A program made the translations under genes and the position numbers. This document shows, in pieces, positions 30,303 to 40,346 of a stretch of DNA of 64,000 nucleotides (position 1 is its first letter; every line of letters begins with the position of its first letter). The stretch lies in the NCBI GenBank assembly GCA_045647985.1, contig JAZRNB010000040.1, positions 3,293-67,292 of the forward strand. The letters run 5' to 3'. The notes under the pieces were generated by a model. The model worked only from the letters and a program-made list of their open reading frames with translations. It was not told the DNA's origin and ran no database searches. Source of the DNA: Acutalibacteraceae bacterium (GTDB lineage: Bacteria > Bacillota > Clostridia > Oscillospirales > Acutalibacteraceae).

Positions 30303-32075
30303 ATGCTCAGAAGTCATATTGAATACAGTAACGGAATTCCGTATGTGTCCATAAATAATGAATTGCATTATCCTCTTGCATATACCTCATACTTTGAGGA
30401 ATGTGGGGAGTTTTCCGATTTCATAAAAAGCGGATACAGAATGTTTTTTATAAATGTTTCGTTTTCAGATTTGCCCATTAATAACGGCACAGGATTCAGT
30501 CCATTTCTTACGGGTGTGTTTGAGGATGAAGCTCCCGATTACAGTGAATTTGACAGCCGTGTAAGAGAAATTTTAACCATTTGCCCTGAGGCTTTGATTT
30601 TTCCGAGAATCAATATTGCAATGCCACGGAAGTGGATACGGGAAAATAAAGATGAATGTGTGGAAACTCCTTCGGGAATGAGAGAATCCCTTTACTCTGA
30701 TAAATTTCTTCGTGACGGCAGAGAGCTCCTGCTGACGTTGGTTTCTCATATAAGAAATTCAACCTATTCACACTCTGTTGCAGGATATCAGCTTTGCGGC
30801 GGTACAACGCAGGAATGGTTTCATCATGATCTTTCAGGTTCATTTTCAAAAAAGAGTATCGGAAAATTCCGTTTGTGGATGGAAGAGAGATATGATGCAC
30901 ATGACGTTCCGGAATTTATTAAGGAAGATTTTGTAAGAGAAGAGTTTCGGGAAAACGTGAACCGTTTCGGGGAATTTTCTTGTGAAATGGCAGCAAAAAC
31001 AGCAGAGTATTTTTCAAAAGTGTTGAAGGAATATATCTATGGTGAACAGATTGTCGGTATTTTTTACGGCTATAATGTTTTTCTGAACGATGTTCTGTGG
31101 GGGCATCACGGCTTGAGATTTATTGTTGATTCTCCTTATATAGATTTCTTTTCTTCTCCCTGCGGATATGATGACGGCAGACGGCTCGGTATTGACTGGA
31201 GTGATATGCTCCCTACGGCTTCTCTTAAAGCACATAATAAGCTTTATTTTGTTGAGTGTGATATAAGAACTTATCTAACCCGAAGGATGCAGGATGCACG
31301 CCCCGGGAAATATCCCGAGGATATATATCTGCAGATTGATAGCGGCGGTAATAAAACCGTGTGGTCGGGCCCTGAAACAAAGGTGCTGTCCCTTTCGGTA
31401 ATAAGAAAATCTTTTGTTCATCAGCTGACAAAGGGCTCCGGAATATGGTGGTTTGATATGTGGGGCGGCTGGTTTCATGATGATGATATTATGAATGAGC
31501 TTCAGAATATGAAGATTATTGCAGAGTCTTCGCGTAATAAAAGTGCCGATTTATTTCCTAAAGCCGAAACAGTTGTTTTTATAGATGAAAAGGCATATTT
31601 CGGCAGTACCATTTGCCATTCCGTTAATATTATACGAAGCAATATGGGAAATACGGGAATACCATTTGATTTCTGTATGGTCGAAGATGCTGAGAAAGTT
31701 ATAGATAAATATAAAGCAGCAATATTTACCGCTCCTGTTTCGTCAAATACAGGTGAAAATGCTAAAATACTATGTAAATCTGTAAAATTACCGTATATGG
31801 AAACAAGCCCCGTAAAGCCGTATTTTACCGGAAAAGAGCTTAGTGAATTTCTTATAGCTTCAGGTGTTCATTGTTATAACAGCGACGGTAATGTTATTTA
31901 CAGCGGAAACGGATATCTTGGTGTTCATACAGTAAAAGACGGGAATGTGAAAATTAGCTTACCGGATAAATATAAAATAAGACCACTTTTCGGTACAGAT
32001 TTTACATCAGATGAAACTGATTACTTTGAAATATATCTTGATAAACACGAGACGGCTGTTTTTGAATTGATTTAA
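30303..32075 (+). CDS. Hypothetical protein, possible cytoplasmic glycoside hydrolase (GH42-like layout)
   Basis: 590-aa ORF in a glycan-utilisation context. No catalytic motif was recognised with confidence. Confidence 0.3.
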   Translation: MLRSHIEYSNGIPYVSINNELHYPLAYTSYFEECGEFSDFIKSGYRMFFINVSFSDLPINNGTGFSPFLTGVFEDEAPDYSEFDSRVREILTICPEALIFPRINIAMPRKWIRENKDECVETPSGMRESLYSDKFLRDGRELLLTLVSHIRNSTYSHSVAGYQLCGGTTQEWFHHDLSGSFSKKSIGKFRLWMEERYDAHDVPEFIKEDFVREEFRENVNRFGEFSCEMAAKTAEYFSKVLKEYIYGEQIVGIFYGYNVFLNDVLWGHHGLRFIVDSPYIDFFSSPCGYDDGRRLGIDWSDMLPTASLKAHNKLYFVECDIRTYLTRRMQDARPGKYPEDIYLQIDSGGNKTVWSGPETKVLSLSVIRKSFVHQLTKGSGIWWFDMWGGWFHDDDIMNELQNMKIIAESSRNKSADLFPKAETVVFIDEKAYFGSTICHSVNIIRSNMGNTGIPFDFCMVEDAEKVIDKYKAAIFTAPVSSNTGENAKILCKSVKLPYMETSPVKPYFTGKELSEFLIASGVHCYNSDGNVIYSGNGYLGVHTVKDGNVKISLPDKYKIRPLFGTDFTSDETDYFEIYLDKHETAVFELI

Positions 32076-32083
32076 TACAGAAA

Positions 32084-32117
32084 AATTCCCCCTCCGTTTT
32101 ACACGGAAGGGGGAATT
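32084..32117. terminator. Bidirectional terminator between convergent genes
   Basis: Stem aattccccctccg / cggaagggggaatt with one bulge, flanked by an A-run and a T-rich stretch. Confidence 0.6.
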
Positions 32118-32131
32118 ACTATTTGATAATC

Positions 32132-33757
32132 TTATTTTACTTCTGCAATAAGTGCCTCGAAAGCCTTAGTTAATGCAGAGCCGGATTTTGTTGAAGAAGC
32201 ATTGATTTCTTCATTTTCCGTAAACATAGAGTGAATGTCATTATCTGCAAGGATATAACCGATCTGATCGTTGTTGAGACCGAAGCATATGAGCTTGTTA
32301 ACCTTTGCTGTATCAGCCATAGATTCATAATCCCATGTGTCATGTGACCAGCTCTTATCTGCACCTACAACACCGCCCCAGATAATTTCGGGAGCAATTT
32401 CACCGGGAATCATAACGATACCAACCTCATTACCAAGCTCCATATAAGCGATTTCTGTAATGATGTTATAGTCAAGACCGTTCTTAGTGATAACACTGTT
32501 GATAAGACCTTCTCTTACAACAAGAGTAAGAATCTGATTGTCAGTTTCAATTGTAACTTCCTTTACTGCAACGTTGAGAACAGGATCAAGTTCAATTTCA
32601 TTTTCAATAGCAATAGCCTTCTTTGCAAGTTCAGCACCGTAAGCTGCCACTCTTGCTTCGTCTTCGGTTGACTCTGTCTGAATGATATCATACTCAGTTG
32701 TAATTGCAAGCTCAGCGCCCTGAACATAAACAACATCAGCACCGGTGTTTTCCTTTACATATTCCTTGAAATAGTAGGGGAAGTCAGCGGAGATAACGTC
32801 TGCACCTGCACCGAAGCCTACGCAATGGATGCCTGCTTCGCAAAGCCAGATTTCATTGGATGCTTCATTGTCGGGATCAAAACGGAATCTGTGAAGCTCA
32901 CCGTCAAATGTGATGGGTTCGCGCTTATCATACATAAATTCCTTAGCGTCAATGCTGCCGTAGTAGAGAGAGCCTGTCTCCATATCGTTTACAGCTGTCA
33001 TAACGCAGTCAGCAACCACATTGTACATATTTTCCATAAATGTAGGATTCTTACCGCCGACATAATCCTTGATATTACCGCCGATAAGGCTTAATGCAGG
33101 ATTCTTAAGGATAGCGGGAAGAAGGGGAGCACCCATGCCGAGAATATCGATACCTGAATGCTGATGAAGTGCGGAAATGTTGATGCTTATGATGTTGTTT
33201 TCTTCAGCAAAATCCTTAAGCTTGCTTCTTATAGCAAGAACATCGCCTCTTGCAATGCCGTAGCCGTCAACAACTGCCTGAATAACGATACCGCTTGTGC
33301 CGTCGGAAAGAGCATAAACATTAACACCCTGATCGTCAATAACCTTAGTGGGAACTCTGCCTTCAGTTACTTCGAGAGTACCTGCCATATAGTAGCTGCC
33401 GTCAAAAATGTCAAGGCCTTCAAGGAATGAACCGTAGGCATAGCCTGCGCTCCACTTTGCTCCCTGGGCTACCTCTGTGTCAAAGGTTGCTTCACCGGGA
33501 TAGAAGCCTTCAGGTGCTGTGTAATCATCATAATTCTGCCAGCTGTCACCGAGATTGAGGCCGGGAATAAGAAGATTGAGCACTTTTCCGAGGTAGAACA
33601 CAAGCTTGTCGAGAACCTGATAGAAGGTTGCTTCAATCTGTGCACCGATACCTTCGGAGGGGTCAACTTTGGATGCTGCAGATGCAGGTACTGCCATTGT
33701 AAGAAGTACAAAAACAACTGCAAGCACAAGAGCTAAAATTCTTTTTGTGTTTTTCAT
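32132..33757 (-). CDS. Secreted protein, paralog 1 of 3 (neutral-ceramidase-like HxH motif; function unverified)
   Basis: Signal peptide MKNTKRILALVLAVVFVLLTMAVPASA. It shares the blocks ALHQHSGIDILGMG, ADFPYYFKEYV and FGLNNDQIGYILADND with the next two genes. Confidence 0.4.
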   Translation of the reverse strand: MKNTKRILALVLAVVFVLLTMAVPASAASKVDPSEGIGAQIEATFYQVLDKLVFYLGKVLNLLIPGLNLGDSWQNYDDYTAPEGFYPGEATFDTEVAQGAKWSAGYAYGSFLEGLDIFDGSYYMAGTLEVTEGRVPTKVIDDQGVNVYALSDGTSGIVIQAVVDGYGIARGDVLAIRSKLKDFAEENNIISINISALHQHSGIDILGMGAPLLPAILKNPALSLIGGNIKDYVGGKNPTFMENMYNVVADCVMTAVNDMETGSLYYGSIDAKEFMYDKREPITFDGELHRFRFDPDNEASNEIWLCEAGIHCVGFGAGADVISADFPYYFKEYVKENTGADVVYVQGAELAITTEYDIIQTESTEDEARVAAYGAELAKKAIAIENEIELDPVLNVAVKEVTIETDNQILTLVVREGLINSVITKNGLDYNIITEIAYMELGNEVGIVMIPGEIAPEIIWGGVVGADKSWSHDTWDYESMADTAKVNKLICFGLNNDQIGYILADNDIHSMFTENEEINASSTKSGSALTKAFEALIAEVK

Positions 33758-33781
33758 TTTTTTATTCCTCCAATTTATTTA

Positions 33782-35233
33782 TTAATCTGACTTCGCAGTA
33801 TTAACCTTATTCATCAAGGCTCTGAAATTTTCTGCAATAATCTCTGCAGTTTCAGGCCCCATTGAGTTTGTTTCCTCATAATGCCTTCTGCCGAAACGGT
33901 CAATTGCCTTATCGAGATAAGGTGAATCATCATTCAGCATAAAGTCATTAGGCGGAAGCACATATCCTAATTCATCGTTTGCAAGACCGAAAATAAGAAG
34001 ATTTTCATCGTCTGCAATTTCAATGAGAGGCTCGGGATTGATGTCGGGGGAGAGTCCTTCTGCTGATTCATCCTCTGAGAGATATCCGCCGTAAGCAAGC
34101 TCCGGGAATAATTCACAGGGAATCATAAGAATTTTCAGATCGTCTATTTCGTAATAGCTGATTTCTGATTTGAGCGCCTTCTTGTCAGAGTAGGGAACAG
34201 AGTAAGCATCTGCATTGAGAAGACCTATCTGACAGGCTATTGTAAGCACGGGGTTTTCAACCGGAACATAAAACTCCTGCTTGATGTAGCTGATTCTGGG
34301 ATCAAGCTTCCTTTCCTTTCTGATGCTTAAAGCGTAGTCTGCAAGCTTGTAGCCAATGCTTCTTGTGGATTCAAGCAGGCGGTTTTCACGTCTTAATCTG
34401 TCCTCATCCTCAATTTCCATGCTTATCATACCGCCGATTGCACCTACACCATAGATGGTTTCCGCGCCTGTTTCATTTCGAATCTTTTCGCGAAGATAGC
34501 AGGGGAAGTCGGCACTGACAAGAGAGTTACAGCCCTGTAAGGACTCGGAATGTGAAGCAAAGTTCAGGAAATATATTTCTCTTGTTCCGTCATTCGGGAC
34601 AAAACGAAGGCGTGTAAGTGTTTTTGAATATACTTCGGGAGTTCTTATATCCTCCTGCATATCGGGTACTTCAATTGTTCCGAGATAAAGCTTTCCTTCA
34701 CGTCGGTCTCTGTAAGCAGCACCTGCAGCAGTGATTACGGCATTGAAAAGAATAGTCATAAACTTTCTGTCCTTGCCGGTGTGGGGAAGCTTGCCCCAGA
34801 TCCCCATAGTATCAATACCTGCGTGGTTGTGAGTGCTCATTATTGTGATCGTCTGACAGCCTGTGATATCACAAAACTCACCGAGTGCTTTTTTCAGTGC
34901 ATTTACATCCTTGTTGAGAAGACCGACAATATCGAGAGAAACAAAAAGATGTCCTCCTTTGCCTGAATTATCATCAAGCCAGAGTGCGTGTGCATACTGA
35001 GGATCTATAACGCCCTTAGCCGGATTGTTTTCACCATAGCCTGCAATGTAATACTTCTTTGTTTTTATGTCATCAGGGAGCATTACTGCTTTGCCGAAGC
35101 CGGCGGTGAAGTATTTTGCGTTTGCTTTTTCTGTGTAATGGAACTCATTTTCCGGAATCGGTTCCGTATAGGAATATTTTCCGATATGAGTAATTTTTTT
35201 AAGGGCAGCGGATGCCAATTTGGAAAAATCCAT
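33782..35233 (-). CDS. Paralog 2 of 3 (neutral-ceramidase-like; no signal peptide)
   Basis: STHNHAGIDTMGIWG, ADFPCYLREKI and FGLANDELGYVLPPNDF are collinear with paralogs 1 and 3. Confidence 0.4.
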   Translation of the reverse strand: MDFSKLASAALKKITHIGKYSYTEPIPENEFHYTEKANAKYFTAGFGKAVMLPDDIKTKKYYIAGYGENNPAKGVIDPQYAHALWLDDNSGKGGHLFVSLDIVGLLNKDVNALKKALGEFCDITGCQTITIMSTHNHAGIDTMGIWGKLPHTGKDRKFMTILFNAVITAAGAAYRDRREGKLYLGTIEVPDMQEDIRTPEVYSKTLTRLRFVPNDGTREIYFLNFASHSESLQGCNSLVSADFPCYLREKIRNETGAETIYGVGAIGGMISMEIEDEDRLRRENRLLESTRSIGYKLADYALSIRKERKLDPRISYIKQEFYVPVENPVLTIACQIGLLNADAYSVPYSDKKALKSEISYYEIDDLKILMIPCELFPELAYGGYLSEDESAEGLSPDINPEPLIEIADDENLLIFGLANDELGYVLPPNDFMLNDDSPYLDKAIDRFGRRHYEETNSMGPETAEIIAENFRALMNKVNTAKSD

Positions 35234-35235
35234 AC

Positions 35236-36927
35236 TTATACCCCCAGTTCATCTTTCATTTCCATAAATGCCTTGATTATTGTGGAGCCGGTATTCTTAC
35301 CGATACCTATAAGCTCGTGGTAGTGATTTCCGAATTCTCCGAGAACATAGTCATTATCGGGGACAATATAGCCTATAGCATCGTTTGCAAGACCGAAGGC
35401 AACAAGGTCGCGGTTGAAGATTTCCGTAAGCGGAGGGTAGGGGAAGTTCATTTCATTGAATGAGCCCTCAGCTTTAAGTGATTCACCGCCTGTAAGCAGG
35501 TCTGCACAGAATTCACCGGGAACAAGAACGATGTTAAGGTCTTTGCCTATCTGCATAAAGCCGATTTCTGTTACAACTGTATATGTTCCGTCTTTTTCGC
35601 GAAGAACTCTGTAAGATACAAGATTCAGCTTGCCGACAATCTTGATAAGGGGATTTGTGACAGTAAGCGGTACTTCCTTGATTCTTACATTAAGCATCGG
35701 TTTTACCGCGGTTTCCTTTACAGGTGTCCAGTTTTCGCACCAGAGTGTGTATTTGCAGCCGTTAGCTTCGGAATCCTTGATTTCTCTTTCAATTTCTTCC
35801 TCATTATACAAAACGGGATCAGCCTTGATTTCTTCCTCTGTTTTTGTAAGAGACAGAACTATTTTTCCCATCTCTCTTCCGAATCTTATTGACTTGTCAT
35901 ATCTGTGGGGGAGTGTAACGCCGTCATCCGTAGCACCGCAGGACATATAAATGGCACAGATGGCACCGTTGAAGAACATAAAGTTTGCGCCTGCCTTGTT
36001 AACAGTTTCCCCCATATAGTATATGTATTCACCGCAGAGGTCATGTCCCGTGCCGTGACCGTCTGATGTGGGAAGTCCTGCAACATCAGGATGTGCACCC
36101 ATTGTTGCAATAATGGTCGGTTTTTTTTCTGTATCTTCAGGAGTAAAAACAAGTCTTGTGATTGATGTGACAAGGCTTGTTGCCGACTTTCTGTTTTTAT
36201 TGTTGAAGTATGTGTCTCCAATGTCCTTTGTTGCCAGTGTCATTGTTCCGGGAACCATATCTTCATATGCTTTCAGAAGTCCCTGTGCAACCTTTGAGGC
36301 AAGTGCATTCATAAACTCACTGTCAGCACCGCTTAAGTATGTGCCTTTTCCCTTTTTGTTCTTCTTTTTGTTATGAAGAACCTTTGAAAGGGTATCGGTC
36401 CATAAGCCTTGTGTATCAACGCAGGAATGAGCGTGTGTTGAAAATACATTGACTGATGCTATTTTTGCTTCGGGGTGATTATATTTCATAAGATCGGCAA
36501 ATCGTCTTCTTATGAGTTTTATGTCTGCATTTCCCGTGCCTATACAGTCAATTGTTGCAAAAAATGATGTTCCGTTTCCCGAATTGTCATCAAGGGCAAT
36601 TATTCTTGCCTGCATTTTGTCAATAATCTTCTGAATACGGTTGTTGAAGCCGTTATCGGGGGTAAGATAACCGCCGAGATAATAATCCTTTTCAGCGTAG
36701 TCATAGGGTGTAAGGTCAGCTATTGCATAACCCAGACTCCAATATGCGTTTTTTGCAGGTGCTTTACGGAATTTTTCCGTGCCTTTGTAGAAATATCTGC
36801 TGTCATAATCCGAAGCACTAATAAAAAGCGGTCCGTCATTTAATGAATCAGCAAAATTTCCCAGCAGCTTATTGATTGTGTTCTCTGTAAAACGCACAAA
36901 TCTTTTTGATGAAAAAAAATCTGACAT
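35236..36927 (-). CDS. Paralog 3 of 3 (neutral-ceramidase-like; no signal peptide)
   Basis: STHAHSCVDTQGLW and FGLANDAIGYIVPDNDY. Its stop lies 2 nt before the start of paralog 2. Confidence 0.4.
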   Translation of the reverse strand: MSDFFSSKRFVRFTENTINKLLGNFADSLNDGPLFISASDYDSRYFYKGTEKFRKAPAKNAYWSLGYAIADLTPYDYAEKDYYLGGYLTPDNGFNNRIQKIIDKMQARIIALDDNSGNGTSFFATIDCIGTGNADIKLIRRRFADLMKYNHPEAKIASVNVFSTHAHSCVDTQGLWTDTLSKVLHNKKKNKKGKGTYLSGADSEFMNALASKVAQGLLKAYEDMVPGTMTLATKDIGDTYFNNKNRKSATSLVTSITRLVFTPEDTEKKPTIIATMGAHPDVAGLPTSDGHGTGHDLCGEYIYYMGETVNKAGANFMFFNGAICAIYMSCGATDDGVTLPHRYDKSIRFGREMGKIVLSLTKTEEEIKADPVLYNEEEIEREIKDSEANGCKYTLWCENWTPVKETAVKPMLNVRIKEVPLTVTNPLIKIVGKLNLVSYRVLREKDGTYTVVTEIGFMQIGKDLNIVLVPGEFCADLLTGGESLKAEGSFNEMNFPYPPLTEIFNRDLVAFGLANDAIGYIVPDNDYVLGEFGNHYHELIGIGKNTGSTIIKAFMEMKDELGV

Positions 36928-36951
36928 TTATTTTCTCTCCTTAAAAGCCGT

Positions 36952-37437
36952 TTACTTTGCGGCAGTGTTTTCCTGGTTTCTGTATACAACAAATTTGCAG
37001 AACAGATATTCTGTTATCATGTTACAAGCCATTGTAGCACCGAGTACAATATATTCTATTGCGGGTATGTCGGGGAATTTACCCGTGAAGAAATTGCCGA
37101 GAATTGTTGAAACGGGGGTGAATACCACATAAAAGCCTAAAACCTTCAGCATTGCGACGGGAATATTTGCTGCAGATTTGAACGTGAACTTTCTGTTGAA
37201 TGTAAAATTCCATATGACAGAAAGCAGGAGGGCAATAAGGTAAAACGGCCCGTATTCGTTTGTCATTATCTTTGCAAATGTTTCGTTGTCTGCAATGAGA
37301 TTCTGCATTAATTCTGTTTTCAGAAGGACTTCATTCATTAATGTGAAGCTGCCTATCTGAATAATTCCTGCAGAAGCTGAAAATAAGGCAAATTTTATAA
37401 ATTGGAATATGTTAGGTTTTGAAGAATTTTCTGCCAT
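36952..37437 (-). CDS. GtrA-family membrane protein
   Basis: FIKFALFSASAGIIQIGSF... with four TM segments and FTFNRKFTF, typical of GtrA. ATG 37437 follows an AAGGA RBS. Confidence 0.65.
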   Translation of the reverse strand: MAENSSKPNIFQFIKFALFSASAGIIQIGSFTLMNEVLLKTELMQNLIADNETFAKIMTNEYGPFYLIALLLSVIWNFTFNRKFTFKSAANIPVAMLKVLGFYVVFTPVSTILGNFFTGKFPDIPAIEYIVLGATMACNMITEYLFCKFVVYRNQENTAAK

Positions 37438-37565
37438 TATTGCATCCTTCTTTCCTATTTTATATAATATTAACATAATGTTTTGTTATTTGCAATAGAA
37501 AGGTTGTTGATTATTCGTTTTTTTTGTGTTAATATAACAAGCAAGAAAGGGCGAGGTGTTGTTAA

Positions 37566-39155
37566 ATGAAAGATTGTCCTCTTTTTGTCGGTAAGAATTG
37601 CGAAGCTTTCAGCAAATTTTATGATGATGAGTTACAGTTCAGCAATATGAAGGATGGTAGAATTCCATCGATTCTAAGCATAAAAAACGGTAAGCATAAG
37701 GGTACCGTTATTGCGGCAGCTGATAAAGCGTCCTGCGGCGCCGACTGGGGTTATATTGAAATTGCCGTGAGATTAAGCGAAAATAATGGTGAAAGCTTTT
37801 CGTCAATGAAAACAATATTTACCCCTCCTGTAAGGAAATATCCGTATGACGGAGAGGAGTATACATCTGCATTTGCCATTGATCCGTTGATAATGGAAAC
37901 TGTTGACGGTAAAGTAATTATGCTTGTCGATTTTTATCCTGAATGTAAAGGTCTTCACGCAGCAAGACTTCTTGAGAAGGGAAGCGGATATATAAGCACT
38001 GACAAGGGATTTGCACTGAAATTGTATTCGGGGAAAACAAAGCTTGATGGTATGTTTGTAAGAAAAGGCAAGGAATATACTTTACAAACTGATGGCTTTA
38101 TTTATGACTCGAACGGCAGAAAAACAAGGTTCTATATCCCGAAAAATCACTCTGCCGAATTTGGATTTTCTACAATCGGCGATATGTATTATTGTGCCGG
38201 TGAAAAACCGCAGTATCTTGATGTTGCCCCGCCTCTTGTGCCGGAAAATATTCCGGGGGAAGATGTATATGTCGGTAATATTTATCTCAGCAAGGGTAAG
38301 GCTGTTTTTGATGAAAGCAAGATTGATTTTGTTCAGAAAAACAGGGTTTTTGATGATAATGGTAATCTTCTTTGTGTTGAAACCTCTCCAGCTCCTTTGA
38401 GAGCGCCAATGCTTTCGTATATATTTATGTTGGAAAGTGAAGATGGCGGCAATACCTTCTCACAGCCTGTTGATATAACACCCTATTACAAAAAAGACTC
38501 TGACGGAGTATTCCTCGGGGTAGGACCCGGTGTCGGAATAACGCTTAAAAATCAAAAACATAAGGGCAGGATTCTTGCACCTTGTTATATACTTAATAAG
38601 GCACTTGTTCTCATAAGTGATGATAACGGAAAAACATGGAGAAGAAACAAGGCGGAATTCTGTGAGAATATAGATGAGTGTCAGTTAGTTGAAATGCCTG
38701 ACGGAAAGGTTTTCTGCTTCGGACGTCCCAAGGGTGGCGGAAAGATACCACTCAGTGTGTCAGAAGACGGGGGAGAAAACTTCAGAAAGCTACCTGCCAT
38801 TGAGCCTCAGACTCCTCAGTGTCAGCGTTCCGTTATAAATATTCCCGCGGATTTTGTGCTTCCGGATAATATGGAAAATGACGGAAGATTTATCCTGCTT
38901 GCTACTCCTACGGGACACGGAGGAAAGGATAAAACAAGAACTGAGGGTAAGGTATTTCTCGGAAGAATTGACGGTGAAACAATAAGTTGGCTGAAAACAT
39001 ATGATATTACAGATAAGGATAAATATGCTCCTTTTGAAAGATATGCCGATTTTTATGCATATTCCTGTCTGTGCTGTCTTGAGGATAATACAATAGGACT
39101 TCTGTACGAAGCATATCCGTCAGGATATATGACATTTGCCAGGTTCAGGCTGTAA
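37566..39155 (+). CDS. GH33 exo-alpha-sialidase (no signal peptide)
   Basis: RIP motif (DGRIPSI) plus Asp boxes SENNGESF, SEDGGNTF, SDDNGKTW and SEDGGENF. Confidence 0.8.
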   Translation: MKDCPLFVGKNCEAFSKFYDDELQFSNMKDGRIPSILSIKNGKHKGTVIAAADKASCGADWGYIEIAVRLSENNGESFSSMKTIFTPPVRKYPYDGEEYTSAFAIDPLIMETVDGKVIMLVDFYPECKGLHAARLLEKGSGYISTDKGFALKLYSGKTKLDGMFVRKGKEYTLQTDGFIYDSNGRKTRFYIPKNHSAEFGFSTIGDMYYCAGEKPQYLDVAPPLVPENIPGEDVYVGNIYLSKGKAVFDESKIDFVQKNRVFDDNGNLLCVETSPAPLRAPMLSYIFMLESEDGGNTFSQPVDITPYYKKDSDGVFLGVGPGVGITLKNQKHKGRILAPCYILNKALVLISDDNGKTWRRNKAEFCENIDECQLVEMPDGKVFCFGRPKGGGKIPLSVSEDGGENFRKLPAIEPQTPQCQRSVINIPADFVLPDNMENDGRFILLATPTGHGGKDKTRTEGKVFLGRIDGETISWLKTYDITDKDKYAPFERYADFYAYSCLCCLEDNTIGLLYEAYPSGYMTFARFRL

Positions 39156-39173
39156 GTTTTTTTCTTATTAAGG

Positions 39174-39214
39174 AACGGGGATCCGATTTGTGCGGATCCC
39201 CGTTGATATTTTTT
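39174..39214. terminator. Bidirectional terminator between the convergent sialidase genes
   Basis: Perfect 12-bp stem aacggggatccg / cggatccccgtt followed by gatatttttt. Confidence 0.65.
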
Positions 39215-39218
39215 ATAG

Positions 39219-40190
39219 TCAGTCCTCGAGTTCTATTTTCCAGAAAACTATCTGCTTTCTCTTATGTGTGTAAGTGATGTAAAGAGTGTTATCCTTGCAG
39301 GTAATTGCAGGGTAGGAAAATTCGCCGTTACCGGGCTCGGGCACAAGAACTTCTGTGAAGTGCTTGCCGTTATCCTTTGAATATGCAAGGGAAAGGGGAT
39401 GGCGTACGCCCCAGTTTATGTCGACGGGATTATATATAAGCCACAGTCTTTCTGATTCGTCCTTTACACAGTCTATTCCTGAATTGTTATTCGGAAGTCT
39501 TGTTCTTGAGGGTTTTGACCAGTTAAGTCCGTTATCATAAGAATCACTGCGATAAATTGCTCCTTTGTCTGAACGCATAAAGCAGTGGACTCCGTTGTCG
39601 GATTCCCATAGTGTAGGCTGAATCAGTCCTACATAGGCACCCTTGTATTTCGGTCTTTCCATATTACCGTTGAACTGCCAGGTGATACCGTCATCAAAAG
39701 ACATGTCTATAAAAGGTATCCATTTTTTGTTTTGTTCTGTTGATGCGGGGCCTAATAGGGTGCCGTTTTTTAACTTCAGACATTTATTTTTTACTGGACC
39801 TCTTCCACCGGATGTGTCTCCCGGTACGAGAGTTTCGGGTCGGCTCCAGGTGCTGCCGTTATCGTCGCTTACGATATATCTTGTTATCCAGTCGGGAATT
39901 TTTTCTCCATGCTTGTAGTAGAGAATTATTCTGCCGTTTTCCTGCTTATAAAGAACAGGGTTCCAATGGGCAACATTATCTCCCTCACTTACTGAAACGG
40001 GAGTGCTCCAGTTTCCTTCTGTATCTCTTTTTGATAACCATATTTCAACACTGTTGTCGCCCTCATGTGCACCGCCGAACCAGGCGGCAAGAACAGTGCC
40101 GTCATCAAGAGGAAGAACTGTTGATGCGTGACAGCTGGGTGCCTTTTCGTTTTTTACGAATATAAATTCTTTTTTTGCGGATTTTATCAT
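39219..40190 (-). CDS. BNR/Asp-box repeat sialidase-like protein
   Basis: Asp boxes SDDNGSTW, SFDDGITW, SYDNGLNW and SKDNGKHF. 323 aa. No RIP motif was seen. Confidence 0.55.
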   Translation of the reverse strand: MIKSAKKEFIFVKNEKAPSCHASTVLPLDDGTVLAAWFGGAHEGDNSVEIWLSKRDTEGNWSTPVSVSEGDNVAHWNPVLYKQENGRIILYYKHGEKIPDWITRYIVSDDNGSTWSRPETLVPGDTSGGRGPVKNKCLKLKNGTLLGPASTEQNKKWIPFIDMSFDDGITWQFNGNMERPKYKGAYVGLIQPTLWESDNGVHCFMRSDKGAIYRSDSYDNGLNWSKPSRTRLPNNNSGIDCVKDESERLWLIYNPVDINWGVRHPLSLAYSKDNGKHFTEVLVPEPGNGEFSYPAITCKDNTLYITYTHKRKQIVFWKIELED

Positions 40191-40346
40191 ATTCTATCGG
40201 CTCCTTAAATTTCTTTCACTGTAATTGTAGCAAGTTATGAAAGCTTTTACAAGTTTTCTTGTGATAAAATTTAAAAAATTGTGAATATAATTGCAAAAAG
40301 AAAAACAAAGTGCTATAATGTACAAAAAACAGGGAGGCTGAGAATA

